A stretch of 64,000 bases of DNA from Kiritimatiellia bacterium. Its GTDB lineage: Bacteria > Verrucomicrobiota > Kiritimatiellia > CAIQIC01 > Lenti-01. Within the stretch, counting starts at the first letter, position 1. Every line of letters begins with the position of its first letter. Made by a program: the position numbers and the translations under genes. The notes under the pieces were generated by a model. The model worked only from the letters and a program-made list of their open reading frames with translations, had not been told where the DNA came from and ran no database searches. The DNA is taken from contig JAXGNL010000003.1 of NCBI GenBank assembly GCA_040768005.1, positions 4,249 to 68,248 of the forward strand, written 5' to 3'. This document shows positions 34,784 to 45,319 of this stretch, one piece after another.

Positions 34784-37700
34784 TCACCCCCCGTTGCGGC
34801 GCTTCCAGTTCCGTTCCGGCGGGGCGCACAGCCCCGCCTGCTTGACCGCCGCCACGTAAATGCCGTCCACGATCTTTTCGCATTCCTTTGCAAAGGCCTC
34901 GGACATCTTCACCTTCAGGCTGCTGGAGGCGCGCAGATAGACCTTGGCGTTGTCCGGATACAGCAGGCAGAGATTGATGGGGGTGGTGCCGGGATGCCGC
35001 CGCAGCACGTCCTTCAATTCGCGCATGCGTTCGTCGGTCCAGGTGCCGACATTCACATGCAGGCTGACGCCGCGCGTGAAGCGCGCCGGCACCTCGTCCA
35101 GGGGATAGATCTCCTCCACGGCCAGCGTGTTGCCGCCGCCGCCGTTGTCCTTGCGCACGCAGCCGCAAAGCATCACGGCGGCATCGGGCTGCAGATGGAT
35201 GCCGTAGCGCGCGTAGGCCTCGGGGAACGCCACGGCGGAAAGGGTTCCGTCCAGGGTATCCAGGCGGAACGACATCATCTCCCGCGGCAGCTCGTCTTCC
35301 TTCTTCGGCTTCGTGTAGCGCTTCTGGGCATTGACCACGAGGCCGCCGATCCGTGTGCGGGTGCGCTCGGGCAGCGCCGCGAAACCCGCCGTGTCGCACT
35401 GGTTGTATTTTTCCAGCGTCCACGCGCAGGCCAGCAGCGGATGCCCCGAAATGTAGAAACCGATCAGCTCCTTCTCGAACGCGAGCATCTGCTTCTGCGG
35501 CCACGGCTCGCCCTCGGGCAGATCGCCGTCGGTCATCACGGCGCCCGCCGCGTCCTCGCCGCCCAGCAGATCGAACAGCGACGACTGGCCCGCTGCGCGG
35601 TCCTTGCGCACCGACGCCGCGTAGGCCATCGCCGATTCGATGCCCTCGAACAGCTGGCCGCGCGACCGCTCCGTGAAATCGAAGGCCCCGCACTTCACCA
35701 GCGCCTCGATCGTCTTCTTGTTGACCTCGCCGTTTTCCATGCGCTCGCAGAAATCCACCAGCCCCTTGAACGGGCCGCTGGCCTCGCGTTCGCGGACCAT
35801 GGCTTCGACGGCGCCCGCGCCGACGCCCTTCACCCCCGCCAACCCGTAGCGGATGGATTCCTTGACCGGCGTGAAGCGCAGGCCGCTTTCGTTCACGTCC
35901 GGCGGCAGCACGCGGATGCCCATCTTCTGCGCCTCGGCCACCAGCACCGGCAGCTTGTCCGTGTTGCCGATTTCCGACGACAGCATCGCCGCCATGAATT
36001 CGACCGGGTAGTTCGCTTTCAGGAAGGCCGTCTGGAACGTCACGATCCCGTAGGCCGCCGAGTGCGACTTGTTGAAGCCGTAAGACGCGAACTCCGTAAT
36101 CTGGTCGAAGATCTGCCCGGCCTTCGCCGCGGTGCACGTCTTCTGCTTCACGCAGCCGTCCACGAACGCCTTGCGCTGCCGGGCCATTTCCTCGGGCTTT
36201 TTCTTGCCCATGGCCCGGCGCAGGATGTCGCCCTGCCCCATGCTGAAGCCCGCCAGCACCCCCGCCGCCTGCTGCACCTGTTCCTGATAGACCATGATGC
36301 CGTAGGTTTCCTTCAGGATCTCCTCCAGCAGCGGGTGCGGATATTCGATTTTCTGCCGCCCGTGCTTGCGCGCGATGAAGTCGGGAATCATCTTCATCGG
36401 CCCCGGGCGGTACAGCGCGATCATGGCGATGAGCTCTTCGATCTTGTTGATCTGGAGCTGGCGCAGCAGGTCGCGCATGCCTTCGGACTCCACCTGGAAC
36501 ACGCCCACCGTGTCGCCCCGGGCCAGCAGCTCGTAGGTCTTCGGATCGTCCAGCGGCAGGGCGTCGGGATCCAGGTCTATGCCGTGCGTCCGCTTCACGT
36601 TGTCGCAGGCCTCGCGCACCACCGTCAGCGTCTTCAGCCCCAGGAAGTCCATCTTCAGGAGGCCGGCCTCCTCCAGCGGCACCGCCTCCCATTGGGAGAT
36701 CACGTTGCCGTCCTTGTCCTTCGTCAGCGGGATCAGTTCGATCAGCGGCCGCTCGCCGATCACCACGCCGGCCGCGTGCGTGCCCGTCTGCCGCGGCATG
36801 TCCTCCAGCGGCGGGGCGAACTGCATGATCTGCTTCGCGCACTCGCTGGTGCGGCACGCGTCGCGGAAATCCACGCTCTCGCGCTTGGCCTTCTCCAGCG
36901 TGGTGCCCGGCACCTCCGGCACCATCTTCGCCAGCTTGTCGCAGTCCGGCAGCGGAATCTCCAGCGCCCGGCCGATGTCGCGGATCAGCGTCTTGGCTCC
37001 CAGCGTCCCGTAGGTGATGATCTGGGCGACGCTGTCCGCCCCGTACTTGCGCTTCACGTACTCGATCACCTCGCCGCGCCGCGACTGGCAGAAATCGATG
37101 TCGAAGTCCGGCGGCGACACGCGTTCCGGATTCAGGAACCGCTCGAAAATCAGCCCGTAGCGAAGGGGGTCGATGCCGGTGATGCCCACCGCGTAGGCCA
37201 CGAGACTGCCCGCGCCCGACCCGCGCCCCGGCCCCACCGGAATCCCCATTTGCTTCGCCGCATGGATGAAGTCCCACACCACCAGGAAGTAGTTCAGGAA
37301 CCCCGTCTTCTCGATCACCCCCAGCTCGTGCGCAAACCGCGCGGCGATCGTCCGCTCGCGATCGTCCTTCGGATGCTCCAGATCCTCCACCCCGTAGAGC
37401 CGGCGGATGCCCTCCGCCGCGATCTTCGTCAGATACTGCTTGTGGGTCATCCCGTCCGGGCACTGGTAATTCGGGAAATGGGGATTCTTCTGGCCGCCCA
37501 GCGCCAGCTCCACGTTGCAACGCTCGGCGATCTTCCACGTGTTCTCCAGCGCCTCGGGCAGCTCGCCGAAGAGCCGGCGCATCTCCGCCTCGCTCTTCAG
37601 GAAAAACTGGTCGGAGCCGTACTTCATGCGATTGGTTTCGCTCCATTTGGCCTGCGTCTGCAGGCACAGGAGCATCTCGTGCGGCACCGCATGGCCCGCC

Positions 37701-38356
37701 TCCAGGTAGTGCACGTCGTTGGTCGCCACCAGGGGCAGGCCCAGGTCCTTCGCCAGCTTCACCAGGGCGCGGTTCACCGGCTTCTGCTCCGGCAGCCCGT
37801 GATCCTGCACCTCCAGGTAGAAATGATCTTTCCCCAGGATCTCCGCGTATTCGCCTGCCAGCGCCCGCGCCTTGTCCTCCAGCCCGTCCGACAGCGCCTC
37901 CGCCACTTCCCCCTTCAGGCAGGCCGACAGCGCGATGATCCCCTCGTGATGCTCCGCGAGCAGCGGCCGGTCAATGCGCGGCTTGTAATAGAAGCCGTCC
38001 AGGTGCGCCAGGCTCACCAGCCGCACCAGATTGGCAAACCCCCGCTCGTTTTCCGCCAGCAGCACCAGGTGGTTCGCCTGGCGGTTGTTCACCAGCACCT
38101 TTTCGCGGTGGTCCCCCGGCGTCACGTAGATTTCGCACCCCAGCACCGGCTTGAGCCCGTGCTTGCGCGCCGCCTTGTAGAAATGCACCGCCCCGTACAG
38201 GTTGCCGTGGTCCGTGATCGCCAGCGCCACCTGCCCCTGCTCCCGGGCCCGATCCATCAACGGACTGTGGTGGTCCTTGCCGCGGTCCAGCGCGCACAGC
38301 CCATCCAGCAGGCTGTATTCGGTGTGCAGATGCAAATGAGTGAATTTCGGTTCCAC
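34784..38356 (-). CDS. dnaE: DNA polymerase III alpha subunit
   Basis: 1190 aa, GTG start. PHP motif HLHLHTEYSLLDG and DnaE-like sequence throughout. Confidence 0.95.
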   Translation of the reverse strand: MEPKFTHLHLHTEYSLLDGLCALDRGKDHHSPLMDRAREQGQVALAITDHGNLYGAVHFYKAARKHGLKPVLGCEIYVTPGDHREKVLVNNRQANHLVLLAENERGFANLVRLVSLAHLDGFYYKPRIDRPLLAEHHEGIIALSACLKGEVAEALSDGLEDKARALAGEYAEILGKDHFYLEVQDHGLPEQKPVNRALVKLAKDLGLPLVATNDVHYLEAGHAVPHEMLLCLQTQAKWSETNRMKYGSDQFFLKSEAEMRRLFGELPEALENTWKIAERCNVELALGGQKNPHFPNYQCPDGMTHKQYLTKIAAEGIRRLYGVEDLEHPKDDRERTIAARFAHELGVIEKTGFLNYFLVVWDFIHAAKQMGIPVGPGRGSGAGSLVAYAVGITGIDPLRYGLIFERFLNPERVSPPDFDIDFCQSRRGEVIEYVKRKYGADSVAQIITYGTLGAKTLIRDIGRALEIPLPDCDKLAKMVPEVPGTTLEKAKRESVDFRDACRTSECAKQIMQFAPPLEDMPRQTGTHAAGVVIGERPLIELIPLTKDKDGNVISQWEAVPLEEAGLLKMDFLGLKTLTVVREACDNVKRTHGIDLDPDALPLDDPKTYELLARGDTVGVFQVESEGMRDLLRQLQINKIEELIAMIALYRPGPMKMIPDFIARKHGRQKIEYPHPLLEEILKETYGIMVYQEQVQQAAGVLAGFSMGQGDILRRAMGKKKPEEMARQRKAFVDGCVKQKTCTAAKAGQIFDQITEFASYGFNKSHSAAYGIVTFQTAFLKANYPVEFMAAMLSSEIGNTDKLPVLVAEAQKMGIRVLPPDVNESGLRFTPVKESIRYGLAGVKGVGAGAVEAMVREREASGPFKGLVDFCERMENGEVNKKTIEALVKCGAFDFTERSRGQLFEGIESAMAYAASVRKDRAAGQSSLFDLLGGEDAAGAVMTDGDLPEGEPWPQKQMLAFEKELIGFYISGHPLLACAWTLEKYNQCDTAGFAALPERTRTRIGGLVVNAQKRYTKPKKEDELPREMMSFRLDTLDGTLSAVAFPEAYARYGIHLQPDAAVMLCGCVRKDNGGGGNTLAVEEIYPLDEVPARFTRGVSLHVNVGTWTDERMRELKDVLRRHPGTTPINLCLLYPDNAKVYLRASSSLKVKMSEAFAKECEKIVDGIYVAAVKQAGLCAPPERNWKRRNGG

Positions 38357-38499
38357 GCGCGCTCGTTTCCGGAAAAAGGGTACCGTTCTCTTCTAGCCCA
38401 TTGCCCCCCCGAATCCAAGTTCATTCCGCCCCGGCGTGCCGCCAACGCAATCCTTTTCTTCACAACAAGATACAATTGGCACGCACCTGTTTTTCCGGA

Positions 38500-38561
38500 T
38501 TTTCCACGCCGTGGAAAAAAATGCCTGTCCCGCTCCGCGGGATTTTCCACACCGTGGAAAA
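38500..38561. repeat. REP-like palindrome array 4 (2 copies)
   Basis: TTTTCCACgccGTGGAAAA at 38500-38518 and TTTTCCACaccGTGGAAAA at 38543-38561, in the divergent dnaE / 38641 intergenic region. Confidence 0.85.
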
Positions 38562-38640
38562 TCCCTGTTTGCTGCCGCCAGGCGCGGGCGTTGTTTCACA
38601 ACCGCCTTGCGGGCAACCGGTTTTGGCGTATGATGGTGTT

Positions 38641-39114
38641 ATGCATCCCCGTTGTACCCCTGTCCGCACCTTCATCGAAGGGCTGGCCCTCTTCCTCGCC
38701 CTCGGAACCGTCACGGCCTCCGCCTGGGAAAGCCTGACCTTCGACCTGCCCTCCGGCGGACGCGAAAGCCTCTGGCGCGACGAACTGGCGCGGCAGTGGA
38801 ACGGGCAGATCGAAAAGCGGATCGAAGGCGGACGCATTGACGTCCTGACCGACCGCTACGCCATCGAGGTCGAATTTCCCCACAAGTGGCACGAAGGCCT
38901 TGGCCAATCCCTGCACTACGCCAACGCGACCGGGAAGCAGGGCATGCTCGCCATCATCGCCTACGCCCAGGGCGAGGACAACCTCCACGGCCGGACCCGG
39001 CGGAAATTCGAGCTGATCGAAGAACTCTGCTCCGCCAACGGCATCCAGATGCTGGTTCTCTTCCCCAGCCGCCCCGAGGAATTCACCCACCAGTCCGCCG
39101 GGGTCAGACCGTAA
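38641..39114 (+). CDS. small exported hypothetical protein with PD-(D/E)XK-like motif
   Basis: ORF 38401..39114 trimmed to MHPRCTPVRTFIEGLALFLALGTVTASA. GRIDVLTDRYAIEVEFPHKWHEGLGQSLHYA. Confidence 0.5.
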   Translation: MHPRCTPVRTFIEGLALFLALGTVTASAWESLTFDLPSGGRESLWRDELARQWNGQIEKRIEGGRIDVLTDRYAIEVEFPHKWHEGLGQSLHYANATGKQGMLAIIAYAQGEDNLHGRTRRKFELIEELCSANGIQMLVLFPSRPEEFTHQSAGVRP

Positions 39115-39130
39115 CTATTCACTTTTCCGT

Positions 39131-39952
39131 TTAATAGACCTCGCGGCGCAGGCCTCGAACAGCCAGTCCGTAGCCGGCCCACATCAGCAGCAGCCAGATC
39201 CCCGCGCCATAGAGCGGCACCCAGACGCCCCAGTCGGTGAAGGTCAGCACGGCTCCGCTGCCGCGCATCGCCAGCCAGATCTGCGGCGCCATCGGGTGAT
39301 GCAGGAAAAATCCGCAGAACACCGACCGCAACTGGCCCAGCGTCGGCTCGTGCCCGCTCTCCAGCAGCCCCAGCGTCAGCCCCCCGATCATCGGCAGCGC
39401 CAGGCACCACAAGAACAACAGCGCCCCTGACGCCAGATAGGCGCTGAGCGACCGCCCGAACAGCCCCGACAGCCCCAGCGCCAGCGAACACAGCGTCAGC
39501 CCCGCCAGCAGGTTCAACCCGAAGCACGCCAGCGGCACCCAGGTCTCCATCCCGCCCCACAGTGTCGCCGCCAGCACGAACGGCAAGGTCAGCACGCCCA
39601 GCCACAGCGTGAACGCCCAGGCCCCCAGCAGCTTGCCGCGCGCGATCGCCCCCGGCCCCAGCGGCGAATTCACCAGCGCCGCATAGGTCCGCTGCTCGCG
39701 CTCCTGCGAAATCCGCTGCGCCGCCGCCAGCGGCGACAGAATCACCAGCAGCCCCGCCTGGCAGAATATCGCGCACATCGCCACCATCATGCCGACCTCG
39801 CCCGGGTCCACCGCCTCCCGCCCCTTCAGGCTGGTCGCCATCGCCAGCATCACGATCAGCAGCGGCATCGTCAGGAAAAACAGCGGCATGCCCCACAGCC
39901 GGCGCTCCCGCACCCGCACCCGCAAGTCCAGCCAGTACAGCGCGTTCATCAC
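39131..39952 (-). CDS. ABC-2-type transporter permease
   Basis: 273 aa and 6 TM segments. QEREQRTYAALVNSPL is typical of the ABC-2 permease loop. Confidence 0.7.
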   Translation of the reverse strand: MMNALYWLDLRVRVRERRLWGMPLFFLTMPLLIVMLAMATSLKGREAVDPGEVGMMVAMCAIFCQAGLLVILSPLAAAQRISQEREQRTYAALVNSPLGPGAIARGKLLGAWAFTLWLGVLTLPFVLAATLWGGMETWVPLACFGLNLLAGLTLCSLALGLSGLFGRSLSAYLASGALLFLWCLALPMIGGLTLGLLESGHEPTLGQLRSVFCGFFLHHPMAPQIWLAMRGSGAVLTFTDWGVWVPLYGAGIWLLLMWAGYGLAVRGLRREVY

Positions 39953-40902
39953 GACTCTCCTCCGTTCAGCACCCGCAGCACCACGTCCGCCAGCCCCGTG
40001 TCCAGCCGGCGGAAATCCATCACCCGGCCCCCTCCCCGCACCACCGCCTCCAGTCCCCGCGACGCTTCTTCGTCGTCCGCCGCGAATACCACCCCGCCCT
40101 CGATTTCGACGACGGTCTGCCCCGCGCCTTCCAGCGCCGCCCGCGCACCAGCCGGATCCGCGCAGAGGATCCGCCAGCGGCTGCCCCCCAGCCCCGCCTT
40201 CAATTCCCGCCGGTCGAAAAACGTCCGCCCCGGCGCCACCTCCACCCAGCGGCCCTCGTTCATGATCCCGAACCGGTCCGCCAGCTCTTCAAGCTCCGGC
40301 AGGATGTGCGACGAAATCACCACCGTGCGCCCGATGCCCGACAACCCCCGCACGATTTCCAGCAACTCCGCCCGCGCCCGCACGTCCAGCCCCGCCGCCG
40401 GCTCGTCCAGCAGCAAGAGCGGCGCATCCAGCAGCAGCATCCGTCCCAGTGCCAGCCGCCGCTGCCAGCCCGCCGACAGCGATTCCACCTCCGACTCCAT
40501 CCACGGCCCCAGCCCGAGCATGTCCACCGCCGCCGCCATCTGCTGCGCCAGCTTTTCGCCCTCCAGCCGGTGAACCTTCGCAAAGAACTGCAGATATTCC
40601 CGGCAGCTGATGTCCGTATACACCCCCAGCGGATCCGGCATCAGCCCGATCCAGCGCGCCGCCTCGGCCGGCTGCCCCGTCAGGTCCCGGTCCTCCATCA
40701 GGACGCGCCCCCGCTCCGGCCGCAGCAGCCCCGCCACCAGCTTCAACAGCGTGGACTTGCCCGCCCCGTTCGGCCCCACCAGCCCGAACACCTCCCCCGC
40801 TTTCACCTCCAGTGACAGGGATTTGACCGCTTCCACCCCGTTGGGATAGCGCTTGCTCAACCCCTCCAGCCGCACCACCGCCTGCGCATTTGTTCGATTC
40901 AT
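39949..40902 (-). CDS. ABC transporter ATP-binding protein
   Basis: ORF trimmed to MNRTNAQAVVRLEGLSKRY. GPNGAGKST, LSAGWQRRLALG, LLLLDEP. 4-nt overlaps with both neighbours. Confidence 0.85.
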   Translation of the reverse strand: MNRTNAQAVVRLEGLSKRYPNGVEAVKSLSLEVKAGEVFGLVGPNGAGKSTLLKLVAGLLRPERGRVLMEDRDLTGQPAEAARWIGLMPDPLGVYTDISCREYLQFFAKVHRLEGEKLAQQMAAAVDMLGLGPWMESEVESLSAGWQRRLALGRMLLLDAPLLLLDEPAAGLDVRARAELLEIVRGLSGIGRTVVISSHILPELEELADRFGIMNEGRWVEVAPGRTFFDRRELKAGLGGSRWRILCADPAGARAALEGAGQTVVEIEGGVVFAADDEEASRGLEAVVRGGGRVMDFRRLDTGLADVVLRVLNGGES

Positions 40903-42761
40903 GGCCACTGCTCCACCCAGACCGTACGCCCCTGCAACCGCCAGCCGTCCCCGGCCGGGAACACCCGCGGCGCCGTATGCTTCTTCCACGCCACCACCAC
41001 CCAGTCATGCCGGGGCGGCAGACTCTCCTCCGGCGGATGGTTGTGCGCCGGATTCCGGCACGGCTCGCGCCAATGCCAGTCCTGGAATCCTTCGTTCAAC
41101 CGCTCCGGCAGCCCCGGCAGGCGGTTCCATTTCATTGTGCCGGTCGTCAGCGGATCCCGCCGCTCGCCGGCCTTCATCGGCCCGAGGTCGCGCCACCGTC
41201 CCTCCGCCAGCACATACACGCCATCCAGATCCTCCACGGCCGCCACCCGGCGGCCCGGCGAGTCCACATCGCCATCCTCCACCCCCACCGGCATCTGCGC
41301 CGGCTCGAACCAGCCCGCCTCCAGTTCCAGCGTCATGCCGGACGCCTGCCGCGGCAGTTGCAGCCGCCGTTCACGATCATTCCGCACCTCGTCCGTCCGG
41401 GCCCACCAGCCATCCAGCGCACCGGAAGAGACTTCCGTCAGGACCGCGTCCGGCGGCAGCACCCACTCCGGCCGCCCCGGCTCAAAGGTCATGGCCGACG
41501 CCACGGCCCGGCAGTGCATCTCCGGCCACCCCGCCATCGCCAGCCGGTATTCCGTCACATCCGCCCGCGCCTGCCGGTCCAGCAGCAGCCTGCCGCCTCC
41601 CCACAGCCCCAGCGCGCACAGCCCGGCCCAGGCCGGCAGCGCCCACCAGACCGCCACCCGACGCTCGCCCTTGTGACGGAAAAACACCACGGACAGGATC
41701 ACCCCCACGCCGCCCGCAAACACCAGCCAGCCCGCCCACGTCCACGTCACGAATCCATCCACATCCTTCGCAAACAGATTGGCCTCGTTTTCGAATACGC
41801 TTTTCTCCTGCGCCCAGCCGTCCTCGTCGCCGTCCTTGATTTTGCGTACGCGGATCAGTTGCCGCAGACTGCGGCGGCCGTCCGAATCCATGTGGTGCGG
41901 CCGGGCGGCCCCCAGCACCGCCCGTCCGTCTCGCCCGGTTCCCACCGCCTCCTGAATCCGCTCCACCACGCCCGTTTCCCCCGTGATCCGCACCCCGCTC
42001 AGCAGCAGCCGCCGCAAGAGCGCCTCGCGGCCCTCCAGTTTCTCCCGGAGCGCCTCGGTAACCCAGAGCGCCCGCACCTGGTCATAGGCCTCCAGCGCGT
42101 CCGGCAGATCCCCTACCCGGTCCACCGTGCCGCTGCGCTCCGTCACCTGCTTCAGCGTCTCGTCGTTCTCTGCCATGCCCACCAGCGTGCGCCGCGTCTC
42201 CGACACCCGCCGCGCCGGCAGCCGGCCCCGGCACACCTCGCGCCCCGCCGCATCCTGTACCTCGTAGCCGCCGAACAGCGCCGCCGGACGCCGGTTCCGC
42301 CAGCTCGCCGGCGACAGGCACGACCGCGGACGCACCACCGGCAGACGAACCGGAAACTCCGCCGCCACCGTCCAGGTCTCTTCCGCCACCGTCCGCCCGA
42401 CCTCCGCCTCCGGCCGGACATCCGGAACGAAATTCTCAGGAATCGAATCGGACTCCGGCCAGTTCATCTCATCCGGATGCACCACCGCATGCCACACGTG
42501 AACGGTCAGCGGCCCCTCGACCCTCTCGTCTCCCGAAACCGGCGTCAGCACCAGTTCCCCGTCATATCCCCGGTTCCATTCCAGAAACGTTTCCGGATGG
42601 GACCCCATGGTCATCCGTTCTCTTTCCACCACCCAGCCCGGACGAAACTCCGCCGCCAGCGCCGCGTCCTCCCGCGGCGTTTTCCAGTCCGCCCACGGCG
42701 CGCCCTGCACCGCCGCCGCGCCTGCCAGCCACACCATCCACCATCCTCTTGCTCTTTTCAT
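40899..42761 (-). CDS. 620-aa hypothetical protein (signal peptide plus two central TM segments)
   Basis: MKRARGWWMVWLAGAAAVQGA. TM segments FVTWTWAGWLVFAGGVGVILSVVFF and VAVWWALPAWAGLCALGLWGG. No motif recognised. Confidence 0.6.
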   Translation of the reverse strand: MKRARGWWMVWLAGAAAVQGAPWADWKTPREDAALAAEFRPGWVVERERMTMGSHPETFLEWNRGYDGELVLTPVSGDERVEGPLTVHVWHAVVHPDEMNWPESDSIPENFVPDVRPEAEVGRTVAEETWTVAAEFPVRLPVVRPRSCLSPASWRNRRPAALFGGYEVQDAAGREVCRGRLPARRVSETRRTLVGMAENDETLKQVTERSGTVDRVGDLPDALEAYDQVRALWVTEALREKLEGREALLRRLLLSGVRITGETGVVERIQEAVGTGRDGRAVLGAARPHHMDSDGRRSLRQLIRVRKIKDGDEDGWAQEKSVFENEANLFAKDVDGFVTWTWAGWLVFAGGVGVILSVVFFRHKGERRVAVWWALPAWAGLCALGLWGGGRLLLDRQARADVTEYRLAMAGWPEMHCRAVASAMTFEPGRPEWVLPPDAVLTEVSSGALDGWWARTDEVRNDRERRLQLPRQASGMTLELEAGWFEPAQMPVGVEDGDVDSPGRRVAAVEDLDGVYVLAEGRWRDLGPMKAGERRDPLTTGTMKWNRLPGLPERLNEGFQDWHWREPCRNPAHNHPPEESLPPRHDWVVVAWKKHTAPRVFPAGDGWRLQGRTVWVEQWP

Positions 42762-42784
42762 GGGTCAGCCCTTGACGGTTGAAT

Positions 42785-43774
42785 CTAGCCCGGCGTCTCC
42801 GGATACAAATGGCACCACACCCGGTGGCCGTCGACTTCGCGCGCCCCCGGCACCTCCCGGCGGCATACCGGCATCGCCCGGGGACAGCGCGGATGGAACG
42901 GACAGCCCGGGGGCGGATTCGCCGCCGACGGCGGTTCGCCGCCCAGCGCCTTGCGCCTGCGCGGAGTCCCCGGCACCGGCACCGCCGCCACCAGCGCCTG
43001 CGCATAGGGATGCTTCGGCGCCGCCACCATCGAATCCGCCGGCCCCGTCTCCGCCAGCCGCCCCAGATACATCACTGCAATCCGGTGCGACACGTGCTGC
43101 AGCACGCTCAAGTCGTGCCCGATCATCAGATAGGCCAGCCCGTGCCGCCGCCGCAGATCCATCAGCAGATTGATCACCTGCGCCTGCACGCTCACGTCCA
43201 GCGCGCTGACCACTTCGTCGCACACCACCAGGTCCGGCTCCAGCGCCACCGCCCGGGCGATGCAGATCCGCTGCCGCTGCCCCCCCGAAAACTCGAAGGG
43301 ATACTTCCACAACGCCGATTCATCCAGCCCCACTTCCTTCAGCAGACGCGCCGCCGCGGCCTCCCGCTTTTCCCCCTTCAGCAGGCCGTGCTCCACCAGC
43401 CCCTCCGTCAGCAGGTCGCCGATGGTCATCCGCGGATTCAGCGCCGCCATCGGATCCTGGAACACCATCTGGATCCGCCGCCGCTGGTCCTTCGTCAGGG
43501 GCCTCCGCCCCGCCGGCGCAAACAGCGTCCGCCCCGCCAGCCTCACCTCGCCCGCCGTCGGCCGCTCCAGCCCCGCCACCACCCGCCCCAGCGTCGTCTT
43601 GCCGCAGCCGGATTCCCCCGCCAGCCCCAGCGTCTCGCCCCGCCGGATGTCCAGCGACACCCCGTCCACCGCATGCACATGCCCCCGCACCCGCGCCAGC
43701 ACGCCGCGCCGGATCGGAAAATGCACCGCCACGCGATCCAATTCGATCCAGGGGGCTGACGGTGCCGATGTCAC
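42785..43774 (-). CDS. oligopeptide/dipeptide-type ABC ATPase (OppF/DppF-like)
   Basis: GESGCGKTT, FSGGQRQR. C-terminal PPPGCPFHPRCPRAMPVC is the opp-type extension. Confidence 0.8.
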   Translation of the reverse strand: MTSAPSAPWIELDRVAVHFPIRRGVLARVRGHVHAVDGVSLDIRRGETLGLAGESGCGKTTLGRVVAGLERPTAGEVRLAGRTLFAPAGRRPLTKDQRRRIQMVFQDPMAALNPRMTIGDLLTEGLVEHGLLKGEKREAAAARLLKEVGLDESALWKYPFEFSGGQRQRICIARAVALEPDLVVCDEVVSALDVSVQAQVINLLMDLRRRHGLAYLMIGHDLSVLQHVSHRIAVMYLGRLAETGPADSMVAAPKHPYAQALVAAVPVPGTPRRRKALGGEPPSAANPPPGCPFHPRCPRAMPVCRREVPGAREVDGHRVWCHLYPETPG

Positions 43775-43793
43775 CTGGACACTCTAGCCGCTT

Positions 43794-44675
43794 TCACGCC
43801 GAAAGGAAACCGCGCAATTCGTCCGCCTGCGCCGCCGCGTCGGCCAGGCCGTTTTGATACAGCCGCTCCAGCGCCTCCCGGTTCTGGCTGTAGCGCCCCA
43901 CCGCCAGCGGATGCGACGGCCGGATCACCCGCACGCGCCCCGCGGCCTCCTCCGCCTCCAGCTCATCCAGCGCCCGGTTGTACGTCTCGTGCTGGCGCGC
44001 CACGGCTTCGGCCAGCGCCGGAAACCGCCGGTACTTCCACCGGATCGCCGCGCGCACCGCCGGACCCGGCGCGTGCTTGCGGAATCCCCGGTTGCGCGTC
44101 AGCACCACCACCCGCCGCCCATATCCATCCGCCGCCGCCTGCCGGAACGGAATGGGCGCGGCAATGCCCCCGTCCAGGTACAACCGCCCGTTCACCCGCG
44201 CCATCCGCCCCACCATCGGCAGCGACGCACTCGCCATCAGCGCTTCCGCCAGCGGTACCTCTTCCTTGTCGAAAAACACCGCCCGCCCCGTCGCGCAGTC
44301 CGTCGCCCCCACCCGGAACCGCACCGGCGACGCCGCAAACGCCTCGAAATCAAACGGAATGTGATCCGGCAGTTCCCGGTAGATGAAATCCATTCCGAAC
44401 GGATTGCCCCCGCGCAGCCAGTTCCGCCACGAAAAATAGCGCCGGTCCCCCGCAAAGCGCGTGAAAATCTCCCGGTTGCGCCCGGCCTGTCCCGCCACGT
44501 ACGACGCCGCGTTGCTGATCCCCGCCGACACCCCGATCACATACGGAAACCGGATCCCCGCCCGCAGGAAACCATCCATCACCCCCGAGGCATACTGCCC
44601 GCGCATGCCGCCGCCCTCCAGCACCAGCGCCGCGTCCGGCCGCATGCGAAACCCCGCCGCCATCGCCGGCCTCAC
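43794..44675 (-). CDS. patatin-like phospholipase
   Basis: LEGGGMRGQYASG (oxyanion GGxRG) and GVSAGISNA (GxSxG). Confidence 0.85.
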   Translation of the reverse strand: MRPAMAAGFRMRPDAALVLEGGGMRGQYASGVMDGFLRAGIRFPYVIGVSAGISNAASYVAGQAGRNREIFTRFAGDRRYFSWRNWLRGGNPFGMDFIYRELPDHIPFDFEAFAASPVRFRVGATDCATGRAVFFDKEEVPLAEALMASASLPMVGRMARVNGRLYLDGGIAAPIPFRQAAADGYGRRVVVLTRNRGFRKHAPGPAVRAAIRWKYRRFPALAEAVARQHETYNRALDELEAEEAAGRVRVIRPSHPLAVGRYSQNREALERLYQNGLADAAAQADELRGFLSA

Positions 44676-45319
44676 AGATCGTTCACAAAGCCGCCCGACT
44701 TGCCTTCCTCCCGCACAAAGCCGTTGCGGAGAAAATACTTCGGCTGCGCCGGATGCCGCGCCACCGCATGGAACCGCTTGATCCCCTGCTCCTTGAAATA
44801 CATCCGCTTCGTCTTGTACAGATACCGCCCCGCCTTGTAATCGCGGTATTCCGCAATCATGAAATCAATCAGGATGTCCGCCTCCGGCCCCTTCTGGCGA
44901 TAGGAAAACAAGCCTACCGGCAGCATGTTGCGGAACAGAATGCTCGTCTGCGCCTCCACCAGTTCTTCGAACGTCAGCCCCGGCGCATGGCGCATCAACT
45001 CCCGCTCGTGAAACAGGAAAAACCGGCGCAGATAATCCGTCCCGATCGTCGAAGCCGGCGCCAGGTCGAAATACGCGTAGTAGCGCATCATCTGCAGCAG
45101 AATCCAGATGTCCACCCCGGCAATCATCAGGTTCATCACCACCACCGGCCACGCCTGGATCAAATACCCGTACAGCGAAAACAGCAGCGCCCCCGCCAGA
45201 TTGATCTGACGCAGGCGGTACACATTCGTCATCAGCATCGAAACCAGGATGATCAGCGACGCCGCGTAACCGATGCCTTCCAAGCCCCATTTCAAAATCC
45301 ACGTCGAATCCATGCTCAT
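44672..45319 (-). CDS. hypothetical protein: 3-TM N-terminal module plus soluble C-terminal domain
   Basis: ORF 44672..45358 (GTG); Met codons at 45319/45313 are more likely starts. No confident family assignment. Confidence 0.5.
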   Translation of the reverse strand: MSMDSTWILKWGLEGIGYAASLIILVSMLMTNVYRLRQINLAGALLFSLYGYLIQAWPVVVMNLMIAGVDIWILLQMMRYYAYFDLAPASTIGTDYLRRFFLFHERELMRHAPGLTFEELVEAQTSILFRNMLPVGLFSYRQKGPEADILIDFMIAEYRDYKAGRYLYKTKRMYFKEQGIKRFHAVARHPAQPKYFLRNGFVREEGKSGGFVNDL

